Source of the DNA: Vulcanimicrobiota bacterium | Lineage (GTDB): Bacteria > Vulcanimicrobiota > Vulcanimicrobiia > Vulcanimicrobiales > Vulcanimicrobiaceae | NCBI GenBank assembly: GCA_963820825.1 | Contig: CAWGBN010000007.1 | Coordinates: forward strand, 160,001-224,000 | DNA: 64,000 bases | Direction: 5' to 3' | Part shown: positions 19,413-28,912 of the stretch, piece after piece | Numbering within the stretch: the first letter of the stretch is position 1 | Layout: each line of letters opens with the position of its first letter | Translations under genes and position numbers: made by a program | The notes under the pieces: model-generated | What the model was told of the DNA's origin: nothing | The model's database searches: none | What the model saw: the letters and a program-made list of their open reading frames with translations, nothing else

Positions 19413-21967
19413 TACTGCGGGGTACGCGCGAGCCGCTGCGATTGTTTCGACGCGAAAAAGAACGCCTTGCCGATTTCGATGAGCGACAGATAGAGTACCA
19501 CCATCAACGCGAGAATCGCAAAGAATGCCGTGGGCAATGGAGTGAAGCCGAGCAGCAGACCGGCCTTCGTAAAGGGGAGCGCCACGCCGATCGCCACGAC
19601 CGCAATCGTCGTCGCCGTTAAGGCAAACGAGGGCCGGCTGCGAAAGAACGGCACCCTTCTGGTCCGGATCAGGAAAATAACGAGGGATTGCGTGGCGAGC
19701 GACTCGACGAACCAGCCCGTTCGAAAGAGCTCGTGCGTCGCGTGAAAGACGAGGAGCATCACGCCGAACGTCGCAAAGTCGAAGATCGACGAGATCGGCC
19801 CGAAGAACATCATGAATCGGCGGATGAATCGCGGATCCCAGTGTGCCGGCCGGTGAAGCTGCTCCTCGTCCACCGCGTCGGTGGGAATTGCCATCTCGCT
19901 CACGTCGTAGAGCAGATTGTTGAGCAGAATTTGCGACGGCAGCATCGGGAGAAACGAGAGAAAGAGCGACGCGCCCGCCGCGCTGAACATATTGCCGAAG
20001 TTCGAGGACGTCCCCATCAGGACGTACTTGATCGTGTTGGCAAAGATGCGGCGCCCTTCCATCACGCCGTCGGCGAGGACGCTCAGGTCCTTCTCCAGGA
20101 GCACGATGTCGGCCGCGTCGCGCGCAACGTCGACCGCCGACTCAACCGAGATGCCCACGTCGGCATCGTGCAGCGCGACGGCATCGTTCACGCCGTCGCC
20201 GAGGAAGCCGACATCCATTCCCGAGGCCCGCTGCACTCGGATGATCCGCGATTTTTGCTCCGGCGAAACGCGAGCAAATATATTCGTCGCCGGCAGGGCG
20301 GCCGCGAGTTGCTCGTCGCTCATCGAAGCGATCTCGGCACCATTGAGAACGCCCGTAACCAGAATGCCTAAGCGCTGGCATATACTCTGCGCGACCCGCG
20401 CGTTGTCGCCGGTCACGATCTTGAGGGCAACGTCGAGCTCTTCGAGACGCGCGAGGCTCGCCCGGGCGTCGGTCTTCGGTTCGTCGGCGAAGCGCAACAA
20501 CGCGTCGACCTGCAGCTCTCGCTCGTCGTCGTCGGCGATCTGCGTCAGGCCGGCAGCCGACTTCGACGCGACGGCGACGACGCGATCTCCCAGCTCGAAC
20601 TCGCGTTCTAGAAGCGCGCGCACGCGCTCGTCGGCGCTCGTGCACCGGGCGAGGATGGTCTCAGGCGCACCCTTCACGATGAGCCGGCGCAGTCCGTCGG
20701 GTCCGTCGGCGAGGACCGCCATCATTTGGCGATCGTAGTCGAACGGCACCCGGTCGAGCACGCGATAGCGCGCGGCTTCCGCGATGCGCTCCGGACCGGC
20801 CGCCTCCCAGAGCGCAACGTCGAGCGCGTTGCCGCTCACGACGCGACCGCTCTCCACGATGACGTCGGTGCAGACGAGGCCGGCGACCGCGCCGAGCTCG
20901 GTGACGCTGCCGCTTGGATCGATCGCATCGCGAAAGCGCACGCGCCCCTCGGTGAGCGTACCGGTCTTATCGGTGAAGAGCACCTCGACGTTGCCGAGAT
21001 CCTCGATGCTGACCAAGCGTTTGACGATCACTCCCCGTTTCGCGAGCACGCGTGCACCGAACGAAAGGCTGACCGTAACGATTGCCGGGAGCAGTTGCGG
21101 GGTCAAGCCGATCGCGATCGCGAGCGCGAAGAGCAGCGACTCGAGCACGGGATGGTGCAAGAGCGCGTTGAGCACGAAGATCGTGCTCGTCAGGGCGATC
21201 GTCACCCGAACGAGCAGCACCGAGAAGTCGCGAAGCCCGACTTGGAAGGCGGTCTGGGGCGGATGGCGCGTCAGCTGCCGCGCGATCGCACCGAATCGTG
21301 CGCTCCGTCCCGTTGCCACGACGACGCCGGTCGCGACGCCGTTTTTCACCACCGTCCCCGAGTAGGCGCAGTTGCCGGCGGTCGCGCCGGGCTCCATCGC
21401 GGAGACCGCGGCTGCCGACTTCGCCTCGGGCATTGCCTCGCCGGTGAGCACGGATTCGTCGCATTCGAAGGCGCGCACGTCGATCAAGCGCACATCGGCC
21501 GGCACGATATCGCCGACGGCGAGGAAGACGACATCGCCCGGAACGAGCTCGGCGACGTCGATCGCCGCCTTCTGCGAATCGCGCGCGGCGATCGCTTTGC
21601 GCGCAACGCGAGCGCGCAGATCCTCAACGACGCGTTCCGACCGGTACTCGTTGAAGAAACTCAAGCCCACGCTCAAGACGACGATTCCGAGAATGATCAC
21701 CGCGTCGGAACTGTCGTGCAGGAAGAGCGAGAACGACGCCGTCACGACGAGCAAGATCAGGAACGGGTTGATAAGCTGACGGACGAAGACGTCGAGCGCG
21801 TTCGTGCCGCGGGCAGCGATCTCGTTGCGTCCAGATGCCGCGAGCCTCTCGGCCGCTTCTGCCGCCGTGAGACCCGTTGGCGAGCTTGCGAGGCGCTCGA
21901 GAACGTCGCCGGCGCTGAGAGCTGCGGCGGCCTCGATCGTCAGGGCGCCGGGCGGCGTCGAGCTCAT
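19412..21967 (-). CDS. mgtA: Mg2+-translocating P-type ATPase
   Basis: TGE, DKTGTLT, GDGVND, SSNFGNMFS, NLLYD, WFVESLATQ. Confidence 0.93.
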   Translation of the reverse strand: MSSTPPGALTIEAAAALSAGDVLERLASSPTGLTAAEAAERLAASGRNEIAARGTNALDVFVRQLINPFLILLVVTASFSLFLHDSSDAVIILGIVVLSVGLSFFNEYRSERVVEDLRARVARKAIAARDSQKAAIDVAELVPGDVVFLAVGDIVPADVRLIDVRAFECDESVLTGEAMPEAKSAAAVSAMEPGATAGNCAYSGTVVKNGVATGVVVATGRSARFGAIARQLTRHPPQTAFQVGLRDFSVLLVRVTIALTSTIFVLNALLHHPVLESLLFALAIAIGLTPQLLPAIVTVSLSFGARVLAKRGVIVKRLVSIEDLGNVEVLFTDKTGTLTEGRVRFRDAIDPSGSVTELGAVAGLVCTDVIVESGRVVSGNALDVALWEAAGPERIAEAARYRVLDRVPFDYDRQMMAVLADGPDGLRRLIVKGAPETILARCTSADERVRALLEREFELGDRVVAVASKSAAGLTQIADDDERELQVDALLRFADEPKTDARASLARLEELDVALKIVTGDNARVAQSICQRLGILVTGVLNGAEIASMSDEQLAAALPATNIFARVSPEQKSRIIRVQRASGMDVGFLGDGVNDAVALHDADVGISVESAVDVARDAADIVLLEKDLSVLADGVMEGRRIFANTIKYVLMGTSSNFGNMFSAAGASLFLSFLPMLPSQILLNNLLYDVSEMAIPTDAVDEEQLHRPAHWDPRFIRRFMMFFGPISSIFDFATFGVMLLVFHATHELFRTGWFVESLATQSLVIFLIRTRRVPFFRSRPSFALTATTIAVVAIGVALPFTKAGLLLGFTPLPTAFFAILALMVVLYLSLIEIGKAFFFASKQSQRLARTPQ

Positions 21968-21982
21968 GCCGCGCAGCGATTA

Positions 21983-22019
21983 CCGTTGGCGTTGAGCGTC
22001 ACCACTCGCACGCCAACGG
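21983..22019. promoter_or_regulatory. Hairpin in the aqpZ-mgtA spacer (mgtA leader)
   Basis: CCGTTGGCGT...ACGCCAACGG 10-bp stem, 15 nt before the mgtA ATG. Confidence 0.45.
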
Positions 22020-22042
22020 CTTTCAGGTTAACGTGGCCTAAG

Positions 22043-22780
22043 TCATTTGGCCCCGGGGACTGCGTCGCCGATGATCTGCACCTCGCTCACCTCTTCGCCG
22101 AAGAGCGCGCGATAGCAGACGCCGGCAAAGCCGCCGCCGACGAGCGGAGCGAGCCAGAAGAGCCAGAGTTGCGAGAGCGCGGCCGCGCCGGCGAAGAGCG
22201 CCGGGCCGGTGCTGCGAGCCGGATTGACCGACGTGTTGTCGACCGGAATGCTGATCAGATGGATGAGCGTCAGTGCGAGACCGATCGCCAAGCCGGCGAA
22301 GCCCACCGGCGCGCGTTTGTCCGTCGCGCCGAGAATCACCATGAGGAAGGCAAACGTGCAGACGACCTCGATGATCAGCGCCGAAGCCATGCCGTAGCCG
22401 CCCGGCGAGAGTGGACCGTAGCCGTTGCTGGCAAACTGTCCGGCAACGAAGCCCGGCTTGCCGTTCGCGACCGCATAGAGCACCGCCGCCGCCGCGATCG
22501 CACCGATGACTTGCGCGATTACGTAGGGCAGAACGTCACGCGCCGGAAATCGTTTCGCGAGACAGAGTCCGAAGGTGACGGCCGGATTGATGTGACATCC
22601 CGAGATCGGCCCAATAGTGTACGCCATTGTCAGCAGCGTCAGTCCGAACGCCAAGGCGACGCCGGCGAACCCGATGCCGAGCTGTGGAAATGCCGCCGCG
22701 AGCACGGCGCTTCCACATCCGCCGAAAACGAGCCAAAACGTGCCGAGGAGTTCCGCAGAGACGCGTCTGGAGAGTGGCAT
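22043..22780 (-). CDS. aqpZ: Aquaporin Z
   Basis: [30 protein letters not shown]. Confidence 0.95.
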   Translation of the reverse strand: MPLSRRVSAELLGTFWLVFGGCGSAVLAAAFPQLGIGFAGVALAFGLTLLTMAYTIGPISGCHINPAVTFGLCLAKRFPARDVLPYVIAQVIGAIAAAAVLYAVANGKPGFVAGQFASNGYGPLSPGGYGMASALIIEVVCTFAFLMVILGATDKRAPVGFAGLAIGLALTLIHLISIPVDNTSVNPARSTGPALFAGAAALSQLWLFWLAPLVGGGFAGVCYRALFGEEVSEVQIIGDAVPGAK

Positions 22781-22861
22781 TACCCGTTCCTTTCCGCGAA
22801 TGCGTGTATCGCTTCTTCGTTAGTTGCTCACATCGAGCCGGCGCTCCTCCGCTTGCCTCGT

Positions 22862-23308
22862 TTAAAGCGATCTTCGAAACTTGACGAGGCGTTCGGTCTC
22901 GATGAAACCGCAACGAGCGTGTGCCTTGAGCGAATCGGCGTTGCGAAGGTCGCTATCCGAGGCGAGCTCGATGAACCCGCGTTCGCGCGACCACGCCGCG
23001 GCCGCCTCCATCATGGCGCGTCCGACGCCTCGCCCGCGTGCAAACGGCTCGACGTACCAGCCTTCGACGTGGGGCACCGGACTCGACTCGCATCCGTCGG
23101 CAAACGCACGCACCGAGAGTTCGATGAAGCCGGCCGGAACCGACTCGACTTCGGCGATAAAGGCCGCAGCAACGATCGCGACCTCGGACCCGTCAAGAAA
23201 CGCTCGCGCTTCTGCCATCAGCTCCCGCTCGCCGGCCTCCCGCCAGAGCCGTGCACGAAGCGCGCCCCACGCATTGGCGTCGCTGCTCTGCATCGCGCGA
23301 ATCGTCAC
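22862..23308 (-). CDS. GNAT acetyltransferase, AAC(6')-I-like
   Basis: FIELSVR..ADGCESSPV.HVEGWYV, ELASD...N..S..AH...GF.ETER. Confidence 0.8.
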   Translation of the reverse strand: MTIRAMQSSDANAWGALRARLWREAGERELMAEARAFLDGSEVAIVAAAFIAEVESVPAGFIELSVRAFADGCESSPVPHVEGWYVEPFARGRGVGRAMMEAAAAWSRERGFIELASDSDLRNADSLKAHARCGFIETERLVKFRRSL

Positions 23309-23385
23309 GTAGCTAGATTTTTGAAAAGACCGGGACCGGCGCCTGCCTTTCGTGTATCATTCCGGCAAAACGAAAGGCGGTTTAG

Positions 23386-23847
23386 GTGAAGACGCATACC
23401 TACGGCATCCATCTCCATTGGTCGTCAGGCGATAGCGAGGGGACGAAGAGCTATCGCAGCTACTCCCGCAACCATACGATCGGTGGCGAGGGTAAGCCGG
23501 ATATTGCAGCGTCGAGCGATCCGGCATTCCGCGGCGACCCATCGCGTTACAACCCCGAAGAGCTGCTCGTTGCGGCGCTCTCCTCCTGCCACATGCTCTG
23601 GTATCTACACCTTTGCGCCGTCAATGGAATTACGGTCGTCGAGTATCGCGACCGCGCATCGGGGTCGATGGAAGAGCAGGGCGACGGCTCCGGCCGATTC
23701 GTCGCAGCCGTTTTGCGCCCGGTCGTGACGATCGCGCCCGGCGGCGATCGCGCAAAAGCGATCGACCTCCATCACGAGGCACACGAGATGTGCTTCGTCG
23801 CGCGTTCGGTGAACTTCCCGGTGACGGTCGAACCACAAGTCGCATGA
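23386..23847 (+). CDS. OsmC family protein
   Basis: SSDPAFRGDPSRYNPEELL..LSSCHMLWYL, AHEMCFVARSV. Confidence 0.9.
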   Translation: MKTHTYGIHLHWSSGDSEGTKSYRSYSRNHTIGGEGKPDIAASSDPAFRGDPSRYNPEELLVAALSSCHMLWYLHLCAVNGITVVEYRDRASGSMEEQGDGSGRFVAAVLRPVVTIAPGGDRAKAIDLHHEAHEMCFVARSVNFPVTVEPQVA

Positions 23848-24317
23848 ACGCACGAGTTGGCGAACCGCCGGCACGCCGGCAGCTCGAGAGCTTCATCGCC
23901 CGCTTTGCGCCGGAGATCGCCCAGCGCGCCCGCGCGGCACTAACGACGATGCGAAAGCGCCTCCCCGGTGCCTTCGAGCTCGTCTACGACAACGCGTACG
24001 CGCTCGTCGTCGGGTTCAGCCCGAACGAGCGCCCGTCCGCGGCGCTCTTCTCGATCGCGATCTATCCGCGCAAGGTCACCCTATGCTTCCTGTACGGCGC
24101 GCATCTGCCCGATCCCGATCGGCTTCTTCAAGGAGGTGGAAATCAGGTGCGGCACATCCGGATCGAAGACGAGAAGACGCTCGGCAAACGAGGCATTCGT
24201 GCGCTAATGAAGAGTGCGGTCGAGTCGGCCGGAAATCCGTTTCGCGGCACCGGAAGCGGAACGACGATTGTCCGCGCCATCTCGAAAAACCGCCGGCCGC
24301 GGCGAACTCTTACCTGA
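23844..24317 (+). CDS. DUF1801-like protein
   Basis: ELVYDN.YALV, DPDRLLQGGGNQVRHI; ATGA overlap with osmC. Confidence 0.7.
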   Translation: MNARVGEPPARRQLESFIARFAPEIAQRARAALTTMRKRLPGAFELVYDNAYALVVGFSPNERPSAALFSIAIYPRKVTLCFLYGAHLPDPDRLLQGGGNQVRHIRIEDEKTLGKRGIRALMKSAVESAGNPFRGTGSGTTIVRAISKNRRPRRTLT

Positions 24318-24334
24318 GGCTGCCCTTTAGGCGG

Positions 24335-24586
24335 TCAGACGATCATTTCGTCGACGTAGCACCAGCGCCAGTCTTCACCCGGCTGGAACGATCGAATGAT
24401 CGGATGGTGGGTCGCGTGAAAATGCTTGGTCGCGTGCTTATTCTTCGAGCTGTCGCAACAGCCGACGTGACCGCACTCCAAACATTCGCGCAGATGAACC
24501 CACGTGTCGCCGATCCGAAGGCAATCTTCGCATCCTTCCGCGCTCGGCGTGACGTTCTTAATGTGATTGAGGTGCGCACACTCCAC
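24335..24586 (-). CDS. UBP-type zinc finger protein
   Basis: C.HL, CEDC, WVHLREC..CGHVGCCDSS..KHATKH, WCYVD. Confidence 0.9.
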   Translation of the reverse strand: MECAHLNHIKNVTPSAEGCEDCLRIGDTWVHLRECLECGHVGCCDSSKNKHATKHFHATHHPIIRSFQPGEDWRWCYVDEMIV

Positions 24587-24597
24587 AGTTTTGCCTC

Positions 24598-25257
24598 CTA
24601 TATTTCGTTCTCGCCGAAGCCTTCTATGCGGCGGTAGAGGACGTACGAATAGACGATCGGCACGATGGCGATCACGGCCAAGACACCGATGAGTACGGCA
24701 ACGACCTCATTGCCCGCGAAACTCGTCGCGGCGAGGAGGACTCCCCCGATCATAAAGAGCGTACCGCCGAGACGATTCGTTCGTTGCCAGACCTCATCGC
24801 TGGCCAGCGTCCACGGGGTGCGCACGCCGATCCAGAAGTTCTTCTTCAGTCTTCCCATCATGCTGCCCAGAATCACCAGCAGGATGCCGAGCGGTATCAA
24901 GAAGAGCGCGTTGGCGGGCGCCGATCCGGTCACTTCGGCGTGCAGCAATCCGATGTGAATCGCGAGCATCATCGCGACCACGGCGAGCGTGCTCGTATAG
25001 AACGGCCCGGCAAAATCGTCCAATCGAAAGCCGCGCGGCGATATTGCCGGTAGGACGAGCATCAACAGCCAGGTGAACGCAACGACCGCCGGCATGATGC
25101 TGACCGCAAAAAGCTTGGAAGAATATCCGTTCACCTGCCCGGCGAGATCCCAGTGCCTCGCAACCCATGGCGGCAGCATCGGATACGCCCACGCGGAGAA
25201 CGCCACCGATGCCAGGAAGAGAAATAGGCCAAGCAGCAACGCGCGGTTGCGCGTCAT
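24598..25257 (-). CDS. SdpI family membrane protein (DUF1648 + SdpI)
   Basis: HW...G.VNGY, NFWIGVRTPWTL.SDEVW..TNR.GG. Confidence 0.88.
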   Translation of the reverse strand: MTRNRALLLGLFLFLASVAFSAWAYPMLPPWVARHWDLAGQVNGYSSKLFAVSIMPAVVAFTWLLMLVLPAISPRGFRLDDFAGPFYTSTLAVVAMMLAIHIGLLHAEVTGSAPANALFLIPLGILLVILGSMMGRLKKNFWIGVRTPWTLASDEVWQRTNRLGGTLFMIGGVLLAATSFAGNEVVAVLIGVLAVIAIVPIVYSYVLYRRIEGFGENEI

Positions 25258-26699
25258 CGCACACCCGCCCCGCTCGCGCAGCGGTCGCGTTCTGAAGCAA
25301 CGTACTCGAGCAGCGCTCTACCGAAATCGCCGACGACGACGAGCGCCGAAAGATCGATCGGCGTCAGCGGCATCTGCAGCCGCAAAGAGTCTTTGCCGTC
25401 GAGCATCCACGGGCCGACCCCGGAGAAGTAAAAGCCCCGCGACTCCATCGCCTCGCAGAGCGCCGGCGTGCCGGGGTCCTCGAGCGGGAGTTCGGCGTAG
25501 ATCGCACCGAGCCGGCACGTCGCGCGTAAGTCTTCCACGGCTTGCGAAACGAGGTCCGGGGTCTCGGCACCGATCTCCTCCACCGCAATCGTAGCGATGT
25601 TGTCGCCGCGCGTAATCCCGGTGCGAAACGCCCCGCGGCCGCTTCGCGCCGCTCCGGCCTCGATCGCCACGGGCAAGCCGAGCTGTTCGTAGATGCCCGT
25701 GACGATCGCGCGGTGCCGAATCGGCGGGTAGATCGTTCGCCTCTCGCGCGGTCGAAGCGGCTTGACGTAGAGCATGCAGCTCTGTCGTTGCGTCGTCGTC
25801 GAAAGCTCCATGTGCCGAGCGATGAATTTGCGCGGCGCCACCCCCAGCGTAATGCCGCAGGCCTTCGCGCCGAAGTTTTCGCTTGCGCGCTGCGTACGCG
25901 GATGGTCGGTCACCGGTTCGGAATAGTACGCCGCCAATCCGAGGGCAATCGCTTCGCTTTCGGCGCGATCGCGCAGCACGTTGAGCAGGCCGCGTCCGCG
26001 ATGAGCCGGCAAAACGATCGCACCGGCCGCATCGGCAATCGGTTCGCCCCATTCGCGCGCCAGCGCGTAGTGCCCGACCACGTCGCCGCCGGCATCGAGC
26101 GCAACGATCGAGACGTAACGGCCGCTCGCGTTCATTTCGACCAAACGCTCGGGAACGTAGACCGCGCAGAGATCGTACGCGTAGCCGTAGGTGAGGTAGA
26201 AGGCGCGCGCGACGCCAGGCGCGTCGGCTGGTTCGAAACGTCGCACGCGATACTCTTGTTCCGGCGCCAACGGAACCTCTGCCTGGCCTGGATTCCGAGC
26301 GGCGATCGCATCTACGATGTCGTGTCTCCGGTTTACCACCAGCCGCAGCTCGCTACCCGCAGTTCCATGCGATCGCCAGTGCGCTTCATCGATCTCGCCG
26401 ACGAGTTCGTTCCATCGGGGATCGCGTCGCGCGAACGCGTCGTCCATCGGCAAACCGCGTTCGAAGAGCGATAGCGTGAGTCGCTCCGGCGTGCAGGCCG
26501 CCACGATCCGCATCGGCTCGCGCGCTTCGGCGAGCGCCTCGGAGACGATGATCGAGAAGCCGCGATCGGCCGCGTCGAGTATACCGCATTGCTGCGCTTC
26601 GGCAAGCTCGCTGCGCCGCGCGGCATCCGCCGCGAACGTCCGGACGAGCGAGCCGAACTCGCTCGAAGGCGGGACCCGCAGCTCGGTGGTAAAGTTCAT
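25254..26699 (-). CDS. Degenerate HATPase-like domain fused to GNAT domain(s)
   Basis: N-terminal LSLFERGLP...DEAHW...G.GSELRL; central YGYAY, HRGRGL, EPVTDHP.TQ. Confidence 0.7.
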   Translation of the reverse strand: MNFTTELRVPPSSEFGSLVRTFAADAARRSELAEAQQCGILDAADRGFSIIVSEALAEAREPMRIVAACTPERLTLSLFERGLPMDDAFARRDPRWNELVGEIDEAHWRSHGTAGSELRLVVNRRHDIVDAIAARNPGQAEVPLAPEQEYRVRRFEPADAPGVARAFYLTYGYAYDLCAVYVPERLVEMNASGRYVSIVALDAGGDVVGHYALAREWGEPIADAAGAIVLPAHRGRGLLNVLRDRAESEAIALGLAAYYSEPVTDHPRTQRASENFGAKACGITLGVAPRKFIARHMELSTTTQRQSCMLYVKPLRPRERRTIYPPIRHRAIVTGIYEQLGLPVAIEAGAARSGRGAFRTGITRGDNIATIAVEEIGAETPDLVSQAVEDLRATCRLGAIYAELPLEDPGTPALCEAMESRGFYFSGVGPWMLDGKDSLRLQMPLTPIDLSALVVVGDFGRALLEYVASERDRCASGAGVR

Positions 26700-26704
26700 C
26701 TGCG

Positions 26705-27547
26705 TTACGGTTCGACCAGCGACGTATCCGTCGCGTTCGGTTCGACCAGCGGCTGATCGTAGATCGTGGTCTGCTCGCGTATGTTTTGAAACGCAATCGC
26801 GGCATTGCGAACGACGCGGCGATGCGTGAGGTAGAGCGTATTCGGCGTCGTCTCGCGGTCAACGTACGGTGCGCCGTCGATGGTCGTGAAGTCTACGGTC
26901 CACGCTACGTCCACGAACGGCGCGAGCGTAAAGTTGCCCGCGAGGATAGCTCGTCTCGGCAGATAGTCCGTAATCCCAATCCAGACCTCTCGCAACCGGT
27001 TCGTCTTCGGCTGCCGTAGCGGATCGAGCTTGAGATGATAGGTCGGCACGCCGTCGATCGCCGGCGTATCGAGTAGAGTCACGCGGTACTCCGGCGACTG
27101 GGATCTTACCGTCGCGATAACTGGCAGCGAGTTCTTCCCACCCGGTTCTTCACTCATCTTGATCGCGGTATATTTCATTCCAAACATGTACGTCGGGGCC
27201 AGAAGCGGCAGCCCGAGCAGATCGTCGTATGGGGCAGAATGGCCGAGGGGGAGGCTGATCCCGGTGCCGCACGGACCGTAACCGGAGCAGAGGCCAATGA
27301 AAACATTGGTATTGAAACCGTGCGGAACCGGGGCCGGCTTGGCCAGCTCCTCGTCGCTGATGGGAAATGTTCGCACGCTGCCGTCTGCGGGATCGCAGCT
27401 CCCGCGATAGTGATCCGCGACGGGCGCTGCGCCGTCGAGACCGCTGATCGCGATCGTATAATCTATTCGGCTCGGGTAAGCGGCACTGGTCACCGCGGTG
27501 CGCGCGCGCGTCCACAGCTCGTAAGCGTCTGCTGTCGGCGCGATCAT
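26705..27547 (-). CDS. Hypothetical protein (LolA/MucB-like region possible)
   Basis: Starts MIAPTADAYELW at an ATGA overlap; YHLKLDPLRQPKTNRLREVWI. Confidence 0.6.
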   Translation of the reverse strand: MIAPTADAYELWTRARTAVTSAAYPSRIDYTIAISGLDGAAPVADHYRGSCDPADGSVRTFPISDEELAKPAPVPHGFNTNVFIGLCSGYGPCGTGISLPLGHSAPYDDLLGLPLLAPTYMFGMKYTAIKMSEEPGGKNSLPVIATVRSQSPEYRVTLLDTPAIDGVPTYHLKLDPLRQPKTNRLREVWIGITDYLPRRAILAGNFTLAPFVDVAWTVDFTTIDGAPYVDRETTPNTLYLTHRRVVRNAAIAFQNIREQTTIYDQPLVEPNATDTSLVEP

Positions 27548-28180
27548 GTGGCCGGTTCCCGAATTCTCCAGGCTGCAACGAAGAGCCAGAGCATGAAGAT
27601 CAACTCGCCGACCGGCGTAATCATCGTGATCGCGAGATCGGTATTCGGATAAAGATAGGGTTGCACGCTGTCGGCGATCCAGCCGAGCCCATCGAGGACG
27701 AGCAAGATTCCCACGATGATTGAGACGAGCAGGGAAATGTAGCCGCAGCGAGCGACCAAATAGCCGAGCAGCACCAGATGAATGCCGAAGATCCCCAGAC
27801 TCAGCGACCAGTCGTAGCGAAACGAATGCAAGAGCAGGTCGACTTGCGCGTGGAGCGGAGCTCGCCCGAAAATCATGAGGAAGTATGGCGTCGTGAGCAG
27901 ACGATCGACGGTTACGAGGTTCATCGTGCCGACGAGCACGATCGCGGCATAGATCAACCGAAACCATGCGGTGAGCAACGATAGCGCACGGTTGACCGGC
28001 AGCAGTAGATAGTAGAGCGGCCACGCGATGACGATGTCTTCGATGAAGCAAATTAAATAGCAGCAGATCGCCGAAACGAAGAGCCTGCCATGGGTCGAAA
28101 TGTTTTGGACGGTCTCTTCGACGTTGCCCGGAATCACCAGCTTGGGAACGAGGGCAGCCTGCCGCAGCGTTATTCGTTCA
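27544..28180 (-). CDS. DUF4386 family membrane protein (5' end damaged or shortened)
   Basis: DIVIAWPLY.LL.PVNRALSLLTAWFRL.Y, FGIHLVLLGYL, GELIFMLWL; no in-frame start before TLRQAAL. Confidence 0.7.
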
Positions 28181-28246
28181 CGAGGGCGCGAAACGCTCAC
28201 CGCAGCGGACTTCGCGATGCGAGCGCGAGATGCTTGCGGCCGGTTC

Positions 28247-28912
28247 TCAGCCGCCGTCCAGTAGGGCGCGAATCGTATCGACGCTGAGATCGTCGAGCTG
28301 GGAGAGGCGGCGATTCGCCAGCGCAAGAGCACTCTGCTCGGGAGGATAGGCACGGTTCGGGATCGCGACCACCGCGAGTCCGGCGGCATGCGCCGATCGG
28401 ATTCCGTTCCCCGAGTCTTCGACCGCCGCGCTGCGCTCGCGATCGGCCTCGAGCAGCGCGAGCGCGCGCAGATAGACGTCGGGCGCAGGCTTTCCGCGTG
28501 CGACCGAATCGGCCGAAACGACCACGGCGAAATACTTCGCCCAGCCCGTCTTCCCCAGCACCGTCTGCGCGACGCGCAACGCCGACGAGGTTGCGACCCC
28601 AAGCACGAATGCCTCCGAGAATCGCGCGAGCACCGCGCCGGCACCCGGAAGTACCGGAACCCGTGCCGCGAAGCGCTCGGCGACGGCCTCGACGCAGCGT
28701 TGCGCGATCGTTTCGGGCGAAAGCGAAACGCCGAGCTCGTCGTGGATGAAGCGCGCCCATTCCTCGGTGCGCATGCCCATCATCGCCGCCTGCGCGCCGT
28801 CGGTCCATCGTCCGCCCTGCTCGACGACGAAATCGCGCCGGATCTCGGCCCAAATCTCCTCGCTCTCGATCAGCGTTCCGTCGAGATCGAAGACGACCCA
28901 CGCACGTTGCAC
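28247..28912 (-). CDS. HAD family phosphatase
   Basis: FDLDGTL, GKPAPDVY, VEDSGNGI. Confidence 0.9.
   Translation of the reverse strand: MQRAWVVFDLDGTLIESEEIWAEIRRDFVVEQGGRWTDGAQAAMMGMRTEEWARFIHDELGVSLSPETIAQRCVEAVAERFAARVPVLPGAGAVLARFSEAFVLGVATSSALRVAQTVLGKTGWAKYFAVVVSADSVARGKPAPDVYLRALALLEADRERSAAVEDSGNGIRSAHAAGLAVVAIPNRAYPPEQSALALANRRLSQLDDLSVDTIRALLDGG

Noticed and set aside
23345..23378. Hairpin GCCTTTCGT/ACGAAAGGC occluding the osmC RBS
   Set aside because: A -10-like TATCAT lies in the loop, so the 5' arm may not be transcribed; evidence too weak
20726..23389. 887-aa plus-strand ORF
   Set aside because: Antisense shadow of mgtA, aqpZ and the GNAT gene in high-GC DNA; Arg-rich with no motifs. 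The same applies to most other overlapping ORFs in the track.
26708..26751. 14-bp direct repeat CGGTTCGACCAGCG as a possible att site
   Set aside because: Copies are 30 bp apart and in frame, encoding LVEP twice at a protein C-terminus
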